Position numbers and translations under genes: made by a program | Source of the DNA: a virus | Lineage: Duplodnaviria > Caudoviricetes | Length of the DNA: 53,070 nt | IMG/VR virus record: IMGVR_UViG_3300020034_000020 | Location: 1-53,070 of that record | Strand: one strand, 5' to 3' | The notes under the pieces: model-generated | Database searches by the model: none | Seen by the model: only the letters and a program-made list of their open reading frames with translations | Told to the model about the DNA's origin: nothing | Shown here: positions 35,770 to 46,541 of the stretch, piece by piece | Position numbering within the stretch: the stretch's first letter is position 1 | Layout: each line of letters begins with the position of its first letter

Positions 35770-36388
35770 AGTCCCCAGTCAGCAGCCCCCCGGCGGTTGG
35801 ATCTATTTTCAATCCGAAACCCGCAAATGGTTTAATGGCGACCAGGGTTTAAAAGAAATGGCCGAAGAGATCGCCGAGCATCGCCGTTACCGGGGGTTGC
35901 CGCGCGCAACGCCCGACGAAGCCCTAGAGGATATTCACGAGCAAATCTGTAACCGGATTGGGCCGGAGCACTGCCGCCCGAATAAAGGCGAGGACTGGCA
36001 GCCGATCCGGCGCGACTACACGCGGAACTTGGATTCGGAAATGGCGCTGGGCTTTACGCGTGGGTTTCTCGAATTCGTGAAGGGCCACGGTGAAATGGTG
36101 GCCGAACCCGAGCTTACCCGCCGCGCCAATATTTGCCTCTCCTGCCCTCTGAATATGAAGGCGGAAGGCTGCGCGGGTTGCACGACCCTCTATCACCTGA
36201 TTAACGCGGCGATTCCGTCCCGGCGCCAAGTGGGGGGCCTGGAAATCTGTGCGGTTTGTGGGTGCGGACTCAAGGCCAAGACTAACATGCCACGCGCAGT
36301 TATCGACGCGGCGGACCAAGGCCGGGATTTGGTTTTTCCCGCGTGGTGCTGGAATAATAAAGAGAGCGAAAACTATCTGCCCTATTGA
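35756..36388 (+). CDS. Cys-rich (multi-CxxC) phage protein
   Basis: PPGGWIY; [31 protein letters not shown]. Confidence 0.75.
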   Translation: MAYLKVPSQQPPGGWIYFQSETRKWFNGDQGLKEMAEEIAEHRRYRGLPRATPDEALEDIHEQICNRIGPEHCRPNKGEDWQPIRRDYTRNLDSEMALGFTRGFLEFVKGHGEMVAEPELTRRANICLSCPLNMKAEGCAGCTTLYHLINAAIPSRRQVGGLEICAVCGCGLKAKTNMPRAVIDAADQGRDLVFPAWCWNNKESENYLPY

Positions 36389-36393
36389 TCTCC

Positions 36394-36873
36394 ATGAATC
36401 TCGTCTCGACATATCGCCATGGGTTTATGCGGCGAGGGGCAATTCACCCTCTCGTAATAGTGTGGAATGGCATGCGCAACCGCTGCAAAAATCCGAACAC
36501 GATCAATTATGCCAACTACGGCGGGAGAGGAATTATCGTCTGCGAGAGATGGAGCGACGTTGCGAATTTTATCGAGGACGTAGGGCCGACCTATCGCCCC
36601 AGCCTGACCCTCGACCGAATTGATAATGATGGCCCTTACTCTCCCGAGAATTGCCGTTGGGCTACGCGTCGCGAACAATGCGAAAACTCCAGGAGGGCAC
36701 GGCTGATGGAATTTCGCGGAGAGAAGCATTGCGTCGCGGAGTGGGCGCGTCGTCTCGCGATGCCCCGTTATGCAATTAACGACCGGATTCACAGGCTCGG
36801 ATGGACTGATGAAGAAGCGCTTTCAACCCCCGTAAAACCACGTGCACCTATTAAAATCCCTAGAAGGAATTGA
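36394..36873 (+). CDS. HNH-type homing endonuclease
   Basis: YGGRGI.VCERW...[20 protein letters not shown]. Confidence 0.85.
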   Translation: MNLVSTYRHGFMRRGAIHPLVIVWNGMRNRCKNPNTINYANYGGRGIIVCERWSDVANFIEDVGPTYRPSLTLDRIDNDGPYSPENCRWATRREQCENSRRARLMEFRGEKHCVAEWARRLAMPRYAINDRIHRLGWTDEEALSTPVKPRAPIKIPRRN

Positions 36874-37939
36874 CCTGGGCGCACGGGGCGCTTGGCCGCC
36901 CGCGACCTATTTAGTCGAAGACATGGCCGGAGCTACTTACCTCCAGGTCGGGCATCGCGGCATGACTCAGATGACCTATTTGGACGGCAACCCGCGCCCG
37001 TTCGACGAAAAGGAAGACTGGAACGGCAAAAAGATCCTCATCATTCGCCCGGGTGGATTCGGCGATCTGCTTTTTTGCACACCCTCCATTCACGAGATCA
37101 AGCGCCGCTGGCCCTTAAGCGAAATTCACGTCTGCGTATATTCAATGTTTCAAGACATCCTCTTCGCTAACCCGGAGGTGGATAAAATCGTTTCGTACCC
37201 CATAGCCCTGGCCGACGCGGAGGACTATCACGCCTGGGTTTTCCTAGAAAACGTCATCGAGGGTAACCCCGAGGCCGAGCGTATCCATGCAGTGGATATC
37301 GTGGCCAAGCGGATTGGGCTCTCCGAGGTGGCCGATAAAGAGATGCGCTACGCCTTGACCGAAGAGGAACGGGCTTGGGCGCTCGAGCGCTACCCGCGTA
37401 CGCAAAAAGGGGCACTATTTAGGCCCCGCATCGCCATCCAAGTAGAGGCGAGCGGCAAGGCGCGCACTTATCCAGGCAACTTGATGACCGAAGTGATTAT
37501 CCGCCTCGCCCAGAAAGACTGGGAGGTCTTCCTCTTAGGTTCGCCTTTCAAGGTCAAAGCCAAGTCCACGCCGCTCGTTCGAAATCTGATGATTGAGAAC
37601 CTCTCCTTTCGGCAATCGGTCGCCGCGATGACGACCTGTAGCCTCGTCCTCGGGCCGGACTCGGTTATGATCCATATTGCCGGAGCGATTAACATGGGTG
37701 CCCTCGGGCTCTACGGCTCCTTCCCCTGGAATTTGCGCACGGCCTACGCCCCGAGCGTCCAGGCAATCCAGGGCCACGGGGGCTGTGATTTAGCCCCCTG
37801 CTTTTATCACGGTAGCCAACAGGCGCCGCACTTCCCTTTTAATGGCCCCTGCAACAAGAGCCAGCGCTGTGAGCCTCTGGCCAATATCACCCCCGAAAGG
37901 ATCATCGCAAAGTTAGAGGCGATGCTTGGAAGACTATGA
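36842..37939 (+). CDS. GT9 (heptosyltransferase-like) glycosyltransferase
   Basis: [43 protein letters not shown]. Confidence 0.88.
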   Translation: MHLLKSLEGIDLGARGAWPPATYLVEDMAGATYLQVGHRGMTQMTYLDGNPRPFDEKEDWNGKKILIIRPGGFGDLLFCTPSIHEIKRRWPLSEIHVCVYSMFQDILFANPEVDKIVSYPIALADAEDYHAWVFLENVIEGNPEAERIHAVDIVAKRIGLSEVADKEMRYALTEEERAWALERYPRTQKGALFRPRIAIQVEASGKARTYPGNLMTEVIIRLAQKDWEVFLLGSPFKVKAKSTPLVRNLMIENLSFRQSVAAMTTCSLVLGPDSVMIHIAGAINMGALGLYGSFPWNLRTAYAPSVQAIQGHGGCDLAPCFYHGSQQAPHFPFNGPCNKSQRCEPLANITPERIIAKLEAMLGRL

Positions 37940-39459
37940 AATTCACCGTCTCGATTCTTTGCTTTAAGGCGCTCTCCCTGGCCCGGGGTTGCATCCGCAG
38001 CGTCCTCGAAAATTCCCCCGGCGACACCAAGCTCATCCTCACGGATAATGGCTCGCCCGTGGACGTGGGCGGTTTTTTTGAAGAGGTGGCGCTGGCTTAC
38101 CCCGGGCGCGTGACGGTGATTCACAACCTGAAAAACGAAGGCTTTATCGAGCCTAACCGGCGGGCCTTGGCTCTCTGCGACACCGAGTTTTTCGTTTTAC
38201 TCAATGACGACACCGTGGTTCCGCCGGGCTGGCTAGAGGCGATGGAGAAACCCTTTCGCGACTTCCCGAGGGCGGCGCTCTCCGGCCTTTCCGGCGGTTG
38301 CCAAATGCTCACCAACGATTTTCACGGGCGGCAGGGAGGCAACTTCGAATACCTGGAGGGCTCGTGTCTGATGTGCAAAGCCGAGATCGTTAAACGCGAG
38401 GGGCTTTTCTCGCCGTATTTGGAATTCGCCTACGGGGAGGACTCCGACCTTAGCCTACGGATGCGCAAACTCGGCTACACTCTCCACAAGGTGGATTTGC
38501 CGCTCCGCCATCAGCGGGCCGCGACCTCGGCTCACATTCCCAATATCAATCAAATCCAGGCGAAAAACCACGCGGTCCTTCGCAAGAAGTGGAACCATTA
38601 TTTGCGGATTCGAAAGTTCGATTACCCGATTCTCGTCCGGCGCTGGGCCGCCCGGGGCGACGTGGTCCTCGTGACCGCGATTCTCGAACAACTCGCAAAA
38701 GAAAATCCCCTCTCGCCAATCCTTGTGGAGACGGCCTTTCCGGAGACCTTCGCCCACAACCCGCACGTCAAGCATGCCGCGACCAAGATCGAACGCAACC
38801 ACGAGATGCGGGTGATTAATCTCGATATGAGTTACGAGAGTAAGATCCGCACCCATATTGTGGCGGCCTACGCGGGCGCGGCGGACTTGGCTCTGGAGAA
38901 GTACGTGACACGGCTCTACCCAAACGAACTCCATCACAAGTACGGCGCCTCGCTGCTAAAAAAGGGGGATTGGTGCGCGGTTCACGCTGGCCCCACGACC
39001 TGGCCCGGGAAAAATTGGCCGAAGGAGCGTTGGAACGACGTCATTTCCCACGTGAAAAGGGAGCACGACATGAAAGTGGTTTTGGTGGGCCACTCCGATT
39101 TAACCCCGCTCCTCAACGACCGGGACTTGCGCGGGCTAACGGACACACTGCAACTGGCGGCCGTCCTCGCCCGGTGCCAACTCTTTATCGGCCTGGATAG
39201 TTTCCCTCTTCACGTCTCCCAGGCGATGGGAACCCCTACGGTGGGGCTTTTTGGTTGCACACTCCCAGAGTATATTATGACGGACGGGAGTCCCAAGGCC
39301 TCCGTCCAAGGCGACCCGCGGATTGCCGAGTCGGGAGCGCGCCATTTCACCGCGGCTTTAACCTCTCTGCCCACGACCGGAGAATCCATGCTGTCCATCA
39401 AAAGTGAATACGTGACGAGCGTCGTCGACAATATCCTGGAGGCCGCGACCGTCAAATGA
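37936..39459 (+). CDS. GT2-GT9 fusion glycosyltransferase
   Basis: GT2: LTDNGS, LLNDDT, GEDSDLSLR. GT9: RGDVVL, KNWP, FIGLDSFPLHV..A.GTP.VGLFG. Confidence 0.9.
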   Translation: MKFTVSILCFKALSLARGCIRSVLENSPGDTKLILTDNGSPVDVGGFFEEVALAYPGRVTVIHNLKNEGFIEPNRRALALCDTEFFVLLNDDTVVPPGWLEAMEKPFRDFPRAALSGLSGGCQMLTNDFHGRQGGNFEYLEGSCLMCKAEIVKREGLFSPYLEFAYGEDSDLSLRMRKLGYTLHKVDLPLRHQRAATSAHIPNINQIQAKNHAVLRKKWNHYLRIRKFDYPILVRRWAARGDVVLVTAILEQLAKENPLSPILVETAFPETFAHNPHVKHAATKIERNHEMRVINLDMSYESKIRTHIVAAYAGAADLALEKYVTRLYPNELHHKYGASLLKKGDWCAVHAGPTTWPGKNWPKERWNDVISHVKREHDMKVVLVGHSDLTPLLNDRDLRGLTDTLQLAAVLARCQLFIGLDSFPLHVSQAMGTPTVGLFGCTLPEYIMTDGSPKASVQGDPRIAESGARHFTAALTSLPTTGESMLSIKSEYVTSVVDNILEAATVK

Positions 39460-40217
39460 AGCTCTTTGGCTTGGTCGTTACCCGCAACCATCGCTCGCTT
39501 GATTATATGCCGGTCGAGGCGGCGCGTTCCCTTTTCAGTATTTGCGACACCGTGGTGGTGAGTGATATGGAGTCAGATGACGGCTCTTGGGAGGACCTGA
39601 ACGAAAAACTAGGAACGACCCGTCACGTGAGGCTCCTCCGGCAACCCTGGGAAAAGCCGCACAATGATCCGCAGTGGTGGGTCAAAGCGCTTAACTACGC
39701 CCGCGAGCGGCTTGACCCCGACGCCTGGGTGCTCCAACTCGATGCCGACGAGGTTCTGGGGTCAGAGAGTTACTCGTCAATCAAACTCGCGATCCAAGAC
39801 GAGACGCCGGGCCTCTTTCGCCGCTACACCTTTTGGCGCGACCCGCACCACCTGGTCCCCTGGAATAAATGCTGTGGGGAAATGGTGGCGCGCTTGGGTC
39901 CCTGTAACCTCTATTTGCCCTCCGACGAACCGAACCCGGCGGTCCATCCCAATATTCGCGACCGGGCGGAGGTTTACTCGGGGCTGCATATTTATCACTA
40001 CGGGATGATCCGCTACCCGGAGGCCTTCGTTGCGAAAAGTAGGGTCGTCCAAAACTGCTTTTTTGGAGGCTTGGATCCACGCATCCCAGCGGCTCAGGAG
40101 AAATACGCGCGGTGGGACGAGCACGACTTTTTTGACGGTGAACCTTTGCGCGACTTTACCGGGCAACACCCGGAGGTCGCCCGCCCATGGCTTCTCGAAA
40201 GAGGCTACCAACCATGA
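39456..40217 (+). CDS. GT2-like glycosyltransferase
   Basis: VVVSDMESDDGS, WVLQLDADE, IYHYG. Confidence 0.85.
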   Translation: MKLFGLVVTRNHRSLDYMPVEAARSLFSICDTVVVSDMESDDGSWEDLNEKLGTTRHVRLLRQPWEKPHNDPQWWVKALNYARERLDPDAWVLQLDADEVLGSESYSSIKLAIQDETPGLFRRYTFWRDPHHLVPWNKCCGEMVARLGPCNLYLPSDEPNPAVHPNIRDRAEVYSGLHIYHYGMIRYPEAFVAKSRVVQNCFFGGLDPRIPAAQEKYARWDEHDFFDGEPLRDFTGQHPEVARPWLLERGYQP

Positions 40218-40831
40218 CGCCCGAACCTTGGATGATGGAGCGAGTATTCCTCCGGACGCACCGCGACGATGCCCTCTTTGAAAAGTGGACTCGCGATTTG
40301 CCCAAGCGACTCGACACGACCCCCTTTCACTCGGGGCCGCACTCAATTCGCCAAATGCGCGGTGCTCTCCACTTAGTGGGGCGAGACAACGGTTTTTTTA
40401 ACGTCCTAGAGACGGGCTTTTGCCTGGGCCACAGTGCGCGAATTTTCCTTGGGCTAGGGGTGGATACCGTTACCTCAATCGACAACTCCCAGCGGCAGCA
40501 AACCAAGGCGGCGGCGGCTATCCTGCAGTCGACCCATAAAGATGCTTTCGAATTTATTTACGGCGATGCGATCAAGGACCCGGAGCCCATTTTCCTTCAT
40601 TTGAAGGGGCGGCGCTTCGACCTCATGTTTGTCGACGGGAACCACAACCTGGACGGGGTCGTGGCCGACATCGCCCTCGGGCTAAAACTCAAGGTGATAC
40701 ATTTTCTCTTTGACGACTTCTATCCCCACTGGGGCCCCGGGGTTTTGCCCGCCATCGATGAGGCTAAACTCGTCCCCCTGGCCTCCTTTGGAACCATGAT
40801 GCTCTGCGCCACCCCGGAACTCTATTACTGA
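40214..40831 (+). CDS. Class I SAM methyltransferase (Methyltransf_24-like)
   Basis: VLETGFCLGHS, SID, FDLMFVDGNH, FDDF. Confidence 0.85.
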   Translation: MTPEPWMMERVFLRTHRDDALFEKWTRDLPKRLDTTPFHSGPHSIRQMRGALHLVGRDNGFFNVLETGFCLGHSARIFLGLGVDTVTSIDNSQRQQTKAAAAILQSTHKDAFEFIYGDAIKDPEPIFLHLKGRRFDLMFVDGNHNLDGVVADIALGLKLKVIHFLFDDFYPHWGPGVLPAIDEAKLVPLASFGTMMLCATPELYY

Positions 40832-41403
40832 TGAGCTACAAGGAATACTATAAACCGACGCCCAAGGGCTTTGCTGCTTGTGATTCGGAAACGGAGCGCT
40901 ACCGCTACTTCACCGCGCCATTCTGCGAGGGCGTCGGAGTTGATATTGCCTCGCAGGGCGCCCCGGTTGTCCCGTGGGCCATTAGTTACGACCTGCCCGA
41001 AAAAGAATTTATAGCCTACTCGAATGGGCGGCCGCCAAAGGGGCCGATTCACCTTCGAGGGTTTGCCGACCAATTACCGTTCGAAGATAGGTCCCTGGAC
41101 TTCGTCTACTCCTCTCATTTCCTTGAGGATGTGTTCGATTGGGTTCCGATGCTTAAAGAATGGGACAGGGTCCTAAGCGTCGGAGGGCACATGATTATCT
41201 TAGTGCCGGATAAAGACCGGTGGGCGGTAGCCCTACAGAAGGGTCAGAGCCCAAATTGTAGCCATAGGCATGAGTCTTATCCCGGCGAATTAACCGAGGT
41301 CTTCGGGAAGTATTTTGGACACTATAAGGTAATCAAGGACGAATTCACGGACGTGACACCGGACGACTACACCGTGGCCTTCGTGGCCAAGCGCCTTCGA
41401 TAA
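40831..41403 (+). CDS. Class I SAM methyltransferase (Methyltransf_11-like)
   Basis: GVDIASQG, LPFEDRSLDFVYSSHFLED, LKEWDRVL..GG....VPD. Confidence 0.85.
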   Translation: MSYKEYYKPTPKGFAACDSETERYRYFTAPFCEGVGVDIASQGAPVVPWAISYDLPEKEFIAYSNGRPPKGPIHLRGFADQLPFEDRSLDFVYSSHFLEDVFDWVPMLKEWDRVLSVGGHMIILVPDKDRWAVALQKGQSPNCSHRHESYPGELTEVFGKYFGHYKVIKDEFTDVTPDDYTVAFVAKRLR

Positions 41404-41411
41404 AGGTTTGC

Positions 41412-41444
41412 GGTATACCCTTTGGGGTTCTAAAGGGTATACCC
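41412..41444. promoter_or_regulatory. Two partial copies of the GGGTATACCC palindrome upstream of the portal gene
   Basis: GGTATACCCTTT at 41412-41423 and AAAGGGTATACCC at 41432-41444. Confidence 0.72.
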
Positions 41445-41451
41445 CGGTAAT

Positions 41452-43527
41452 ATGGATACTTTAATTGATTCCCAGAAATTCGACGATGTCGCGGAGGAAC
41501 GGCGAATCAAAGACGTCGAGTCCGCGCGCAGTCTTTACGAGACCTTCGTTTACTACAATTCCCAGCGGGCGAACACCTACGTTCAGACCCGAAACCAACT
41601 CGAAGGCGGGCGACCCTACAACCAACACGACTGGGAGACGCAGGGCAATAACTGGCAAACCAACGTCAACTTTGGAGACGCCCAGGCCTCCCGCGATCGG
41701 ACTCTTTTGCCCTACTGGCGGGCGGTCCACGGTGCACCCCACGCGGCAAGTTTTGCGATTGACTCGCGCGCTCCCGACTCCTCGCGCTGGGAGGTCAGTA
41801 TGGCGGAGTGCTTCGACCAGTGGATTGCCGACTACGGGCAAAGTTACTTCGTCAACTATATGCGGTTCGCGAAGAACTTCGTGGATTTTGGCCCGGGCAT
41901 GGTGGCCTGGCCCGACCCAGATAATCCCCGCTTCGAGGCGATCAATGTTCAGCGGGTCTATTTCCCGAAGAACTGCCATATGGACCAAGACAAGTGGGAG
42001 TGCGTGGCGGTCGTGCGCGAGATGAGTGGGGCCGAACTCTATAATAAAATTCGCACCAAAAAAAACCAGAAGAACGCGGAGTATTTAGGTTGGAATTCGA
42101 AGGCGGTAAAAGCCGCTCTGGTGTATGGGAAAGACGGGACTTCCTGGGATGGCCGCGACTTCACGAAGTACCAGGACATGCTGGTCAATAATGATATTTC
42201 AGTCACGAGCAAGTTTCAGCCCCTCGAAGTCGTTTACCTCTATGTAAAGCAGTTTAATGGAAAGATTGGCTGTTACGTTTTTACGGTGACGGGGACGGGC
42301 AACGAGTTTCTGTATCGAAAGGAAGCCTACGCCGACCACTTTAAGGAATTCTTAGGGGTCGTTTGGTACGATACCGGGACCGACGCGATGGTTCATTCGA
42401 TCAAAGGCTTTGGGATTAAGAATTATCATTTCTCGGTCCTCGTGAACCGGATGAAGTCCCGGGTTTGCGACGGGGCTTCCATGGCCATGTCGATGAATTT
42501 TACGCGCACCCCGGATATGCCGGACGAGGCTCCGCCGATCGAGAATTACGGGCCGGTCAATGTCTTTCCCCAAGGCCTGCAACAGATGGAGACCTATCCC
42601 CAGTTTAGCCAGGGGTTATCGATTATCGAAATGCTGGAGCAAAACCAGGCCGGGAATAACGCCCTTTACCGAGAACAGCAGCAGCAAATCCAAGAAACGG
42701 ATACGGCCACCCAAGCAAAGATTTTGTCCGCCATGCAGGGCGACGTGACCGAGAGTTCAATGGCGATTTATTTGTCCCAGGTGGGCGAGAATATTTTTGC
42801 CCAGTGTTTTGCAAGACTGCGCCGCAGTGGCAACACCAACGAGGACGCGAAAAAGTTCGTCAAGCGACTGATTGAACGCGGCGTCCCTAAAGCGATTATT
42901 CACGACGGCGATATTGTCGTCCGCACGGGGACCTCCGCCGGGATGAGTAACCCTGCCGCCCGCGCGATGAAGTTTCAACAGGTCATGCCCATGACTAGCC
43001 GCGCCGGGTGGAATACCCGTTGGTTTGATGAGCAATTTATCGCCAACGAATTTGGCGCCAACGCCGTGGGCAAAGCCCTCCTCCCTGAAGGGCAAGAAAG
43101 TAAACCAATGCAACGACGCCAAGCCATGATGGAGAACGGCGACTTTAGCCAGGGCATGCCGCTGCCGGTTGATCCGTCCGATGCACACGCCGAGCATATT
43201 GACGAGCACTTGAAGCCCTTGGAGGCGATCCTTCAGCAGTACCAGCAAAACGGCGGGCAGATTGATAAAGAGAAGGTGCCCGCGATGGTCATCACAATGG
43301 AGCACACCGGGAAGCACTTCGGTTTCATGGTTAACGACGAAACCCAGAAAGCCGCCTACCAGCAGCTCTGGCCGCGCTTCTCTCAGGTCAAATCCATGGT
43401 CACGGGTATTCTCACGCGGCTCCAGAAAGAGCAGCAGGCCCAGCAACAAAATGGCGCCATGGGCGGCCCGCCCAACGTCCTCCCTTACCAGAATCCCTCG
43501 CAGCCACAGGCGATGCCCGGACGCTAG
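41452..43527 (+). CDS. Portal protein
   Basis: 691 aa, upstream of scaffold and capsid, TATQAK motif, Q-rich tail with a HAEHIDEH motif. Confidence 0.78.
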   Translation: MDTLIDSQKFDDVAEERRIKDVESARSLYETFVYYNSQRANTYVQTRNQLEGGRPYNQHDWETQGNNWQTNVNFGDAQASRDRTLLPYWRAVHGAPHAASFAIDSRAPDSSRWEVSMAECFDQWIADYGQSYFVNYMRFAKNFVDFGPGMVAWPDPDNPRFEAINVQRVYFPKNCHMDQDKWECVAVVREMSGAELYNKIRTKKNQKNAEYLGWNSKAVKAALVYGKDGTSWDGRDFTKYQDMLVNNDISVTSKFQPLEVVYLYVKQFNGKIGCYVFTVTGTGNEFLYRKEAYADHFKEFLGVVWYDTGTDAMVHSIKGFGIKNYHFSVLVNRMKSRVCDGASMAMSMNFTRTPDMPDEAPPIENYGPVNVFPQGLQQMETYPQFSQGLSIIEMLEQNQAGNNALYREQQQQIQETDTATQAKILSAMQGDVTESSMAIYLSQVGENIFAQCFARLRRSGNTNEDAKKFVKRLIERGVPKAIIHDGDIVVRTGTSAGMSNPAARAMKFQQVMPMTSRAGWNTRWFDEQFIANEFGANAVGKALLPEGQESKPMQRRQAMMENGDFSQGMPLPVDPSDAHAEHIDEHLKPLEAILQQYQQNGGQIDKEKVPAMVITMEHTGKHFGFMVNDETQKAAYQQLWPRFSQVKSMVTGILTRLQKEQQAQQQNGAMGGPPNVLPYQNPSQPQAMPGR

Positions 43528-43530
43528 CCT

Positions 43531-43872
43531 ATGACCAAAAAGAAGACTTTAGCCAAACCCACTTACGAAAGGCCGCTCGCCTTTCCGGTTTATACTTACA
43601 TGCCCTTGGACCTGAAAGAGCGAGAAAAACTCCGGGGGATTATTAGTGACCCGGTATTTCAGAAGGTCATACGTAACGCCCACAGTAAAAAGCCAGGCGT
43701 CAACCCCTCGGGCACGGGGGTCGCTCCAACGGAGCGGTGTGAGTTGATTGCCAATAACCGCCTCCATCAGCTCCAGGGCTGGGAAATGTTAGAGGCCGCG
43801 ATTTTTGCCCAGGCCGAAGAGACCGTGCCGCGCGCCTTCGTGCCCCTTAAAGAAACTTATCCAACCGAATAA
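43531..43872 (+). CDS. Small protein between portal and scaffold
   Basis: Conserved podophage position; LQGWE motif. Confidence 0.65.
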   Translation: MTKKKTLAKPTYERPLAFPVYTYMPLDLKEREKLRGIISDPVFQKVIRNAHSKKPGVNPSGTGVAPTERCELIANNRLHQLQGWEMLEAAIFAQAEETVPRAFVPLKETYPTE

Positions 43873-43875
43873 ATC

Positions 43876-45114
43876 ATGAAAACATTCCTCTATAGTCCCG
43901 AAGGTGAGCCAGGTGGCGGTGGCGGCAATACAGGTGTGGTTGACGCACCGCCGCCCGGAGGCGAGCCAGATATTTCCGACATGTCGATGAGCGACGCAAT
44001 CTCCAGCGTCTTTAAAGTGGAGCCGAAGGCGCCCGCGCCCAAGCGCGAGCCCAAGAAAGATCCGAAGACTGACCAGAAGCCTCCCGAGAAAAAGGTCGAG
44101 GAGAAGCCTCCCGAGACCAAACCGGAAGTTAAGACGGAGCAAAAGCGCACGAGTATTTTCGATACTCCGCCCGAGACTAAAACCGAACCCCCTACTCCTT
44201 CGCTCGACGAGGACGGCGTGGCGGAGGGCGATTGGAAGACCGCCAAGGCCCAGCGTAAACAGCTCCTCCTCGATTTAGATAAAGCAAAAAAAGAGCTCGC
44301 GACCTATCATCAGGTAGCTCCCGACACCGCCGAAATAGAGAGGCTTCGCACCGAACATAAAGCGTTTTCGGAAAAGGTGGCACTCCTCGATTATCAGAAT
44401 CACCCCGAGTTTCAAAAGCAGTTCGTGGAGCCGAAGCAAAAACTAAACGCCGAGATTAAAACGATTTTGGCGGACAACGCCATCGAGGGGTTTGATCTCC
44501 AGCGCGTCATGGGGCTGCCGCGCGCCGAACAGGCGAAGGAGCTCTCCAGCGTCATGGAGAAAATGAACGACTTTGATAAAGGCGAATTCCGCATGCAACT
44601 GCGCGAATATCAAAAGTTGTCCGCCGCCGAACAGGCCGCCCTAGGGACGCATAAAGAAGCGCTCGCCACGCTGGCCCAGCGTAACCAGGCGAAACAACGC
44701 ACGGCCTTCGAGGGCAAATGGAAAACGACCTCCTTGGCCACCTTTGCGCAAAAATTAGACCCTCCCCAAGGGTCTACCCCTGAAGACGTCGCCCGGATCA
44801 CCGCGTTAAATACCGGGATCGACGGGATTCGCAACACGGCGGAGAAATACGCCTTCGCTTTAGGCGACGAACACCAGGCGGCAGACGTAGCGATTAAGGC
44901 CGCCAATTACGATTTCGTCGTCAACCACGCGTTCCCCAGTATGCAGGCCGATTATAAGAAACTTCGAGGGGACTACCAGGCGGTAATAACGAAACTCCAG
45001 GAGCTAGCGGCCCATAAACCCGGCACCGATTTCGACGGAGGCTCCGGGCCTAAGCAAACTTCAGAAGAGGACTTGCCAATCAGCGACCAAATCAAGAAGG
45101 TATTTAGAACCTGA
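43876..45114 (+). CDS. Scaffolding protein
   Basis: P/E/K-rich disordered N-terminus, coiled coil, directly upstream of the capsid gene. Confidence 0.72.
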   Translation: MKTFLYSPEGEPGGGGGNTGVVDAPPPGGEPDISDMSMSDAISSVFKVEPKAPAPKREPKKDPKTDQKPPEKKVEEKPPETKPEVKTEQKRTSIFDTPPETKTEPPTPSLDEDGVAEGDWKTAKAQRKQLLLDLDKAKKELATYHQVAPDTAEIERLRTEHKAFSEKVALLDYQNHPEFQKQFVEPKQKLNAEIKTILADNAIEGFDLQRVMGLPRAEQAKELSSVMEKMNDFDKGEFRMQLREYQKLSAAEQAALGTHKEALATLAQRNQAKQRTAFEGKWKTTSLATFAQKLDPPQGSTPEDVARITALNTGIDGIRNTAEKYAFALGDEHQAADVAIKAANYDFVVNHAFPSMQADYKKLRGDYQAVITKLQELAAHKPGTDFDGGSGPKQTSEEDLPISDQIKKVFRT

Positions 45115-45142
45115 TTCAGTCTGGTTGAACTTATTCATGAGA

Positions 45143-45175
45143 AAGCGGTCGCCCCTTGGGGTGGCCGCTTTTTTA
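45143..45175 (+). terminator. Intrinsic terminator after the scaffold gene
   Basis: AAGCGGTCGCCCC / GGGGTGGCCGCTT followed by a T run. Confidence 0.75.
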
Positions 45176-45187
45176 TTGCCTTAAGGC

Positions 45188-45199
45188 AAAGGGTATACC
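45188..45199. promoter_or_regulatory. Partial palindrome AAAGGGTATACC upstream of the capsid gene
   Basis: Immediately after the terminator and preceded by TTGCCT. Confidence 0.65.
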
Positions 45200-45352
45200 A
45201 TTGGGAGGGTAGCTCAACCGGGATTGGCTATCCGGAAACATAAAACGTCCCAGAGCAAGGTTGACGGCCTTGTGACCGAGAAAAAGGAGCGCCTAGCGCC
45301 CCCTCAGTCGACTCCACGTTGGCACTTTCACTCTGGTTAGCGTTTTCCCGTC

Positions 45353-46534
45353 ATGGCCTATTGCCCAACCCTCCAGGATCTTAACTCTTTGATGGCAAAG
45401 ACTAAGAACCAGTTCGACAAACAGATGTACGTCAAATTCTGGCAAGAAAACATCTACACGTCGATGTTTCCGCGGCTCGAATACGATCTCTCCGAAGGTC
45501 AGACGCCCTCGGTGATTTCCACCACTTACGAAATGCCCACCGAGGAACCCATTGGCACCGCCATGGGCTCGATCACTCTTTCCGGCGGCACCGGCAATGC
45601 CTGCTTGGTCGACGCGACCGTAGTGAAGTCTGGATACACGACGCGCGACTACAGTTTGATGACGAAGGCCTTCGAGTCCGAAGTCATTTGCTTGACCGAT
45701 CTGCAATTTAGCTACCAGGCCGAGCAGCAGATCGCCAATAAGCAGCGCGGTCTCTCCGAGTTCACGACTCGCTGGTGGGCCTCCTGGTACATGGCCCAAA
45801 ATATTGGCATGATCGACACCAAGTTGTCCACTCAGGCGGGCGGCACGTTCGACGAGGACGTCAACGCGGGTTACGATCCCTTTGCTGGTAATTCGCTGCC
45901 CACGGTGCAACTGGAATGGGATCACCTTGACCCTCTCTACGACCGGCTCGCCCGCGTCGGTGGCGTTGAATACGCCGTAGGCCAGGCGGGTGGCATGCCC
46001 GCTTACGCCCTCAACGTGGGTCCCGGCTACAAGCGCAAGCTTTGGCAGGTTGACCAAGGGGTGCGCGACACCGTCAACTGGGGCGACGCCTTCGAGAATT
46101 TCACGCCTCGCGGTATCAATATGGCCGTCTACGGCTATATCCCGAACGTGGAGTTGTATCCATATCGGTATGACGGCGCCCAACGGTGGATTCCGCCTTT
46201 CCTCAACACGGATGCGACCAAGGGCCGCAAGAGCATTCCGAACCCCGCCTATCGCACGACGGCGTCGCCCGGCGGGGCGGCGGTTTACGAGCTCATCTCA
46301 GTCACGGCGCGAAACATTTACGAGGTCCGGGTTCGTCCGACTTCGCCGACCAGTTTCTCGAAGGCGCGTTTTGACCCCACGAGTTACGCGGGCGACGTTC
46401 GCTGGATTAACAATCCGGACATGTGCTACAACAAGCTCGGTAATATGGGCTTCTTCCGCTTCGACATCCAAGTCGCGGCCAAGCCCATCTTCCCGGACAA
46501 CGGCTTCTCGATAATTACGCTCGCCATTGATTGA
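45353..46534 (+). CDS. Major capsid protein
   Basis: 393 aa after the scaffold gene, own leader region, double stop codon. Fold not verified. Confidence 0.75.
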   Translation: MAYCPTLQDLNSLMAKTKNQFDKQMYVKFWQENIYTSMFPRLEYDLSEGQTPSVISTTYEMPTEEPIGTAMGSITLSGGTGNACLVDATVVKSGYTTRDYSLMTKAFESEVICLTDLQFSYQAEQQIANKQRGLSEFTTRWWASWYMAQNIGMIDTKLSTQAGGTFDEDVNAGYDPFAGNSLPTVQLEWDHLDPLYDRLARVGGVEYAVGQAGGMPAYALNVGPGYKRKLWQVDQGVRDTVNWGDAFENFTPRGINMAVYGYIPNVELYPYRYDGAQRWIPPFLNTDATKGRKSIPNPAYRTTASPGGAAVYELISVTARNIYEVRVRPTSPTSFSKARFDPTSYAGDVRWINNPDMCYNKLGNMGFFRFDIQVAAKPIFPDNGFSIITLAID

Positions 46535-46541
46535 TAGGTAC

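Noticed and set aside
45293-46183. 296-aa minus-strand ORF
   Set aside because: Antisense shadow of the capsid gene, expected from GC-rich codon bias.
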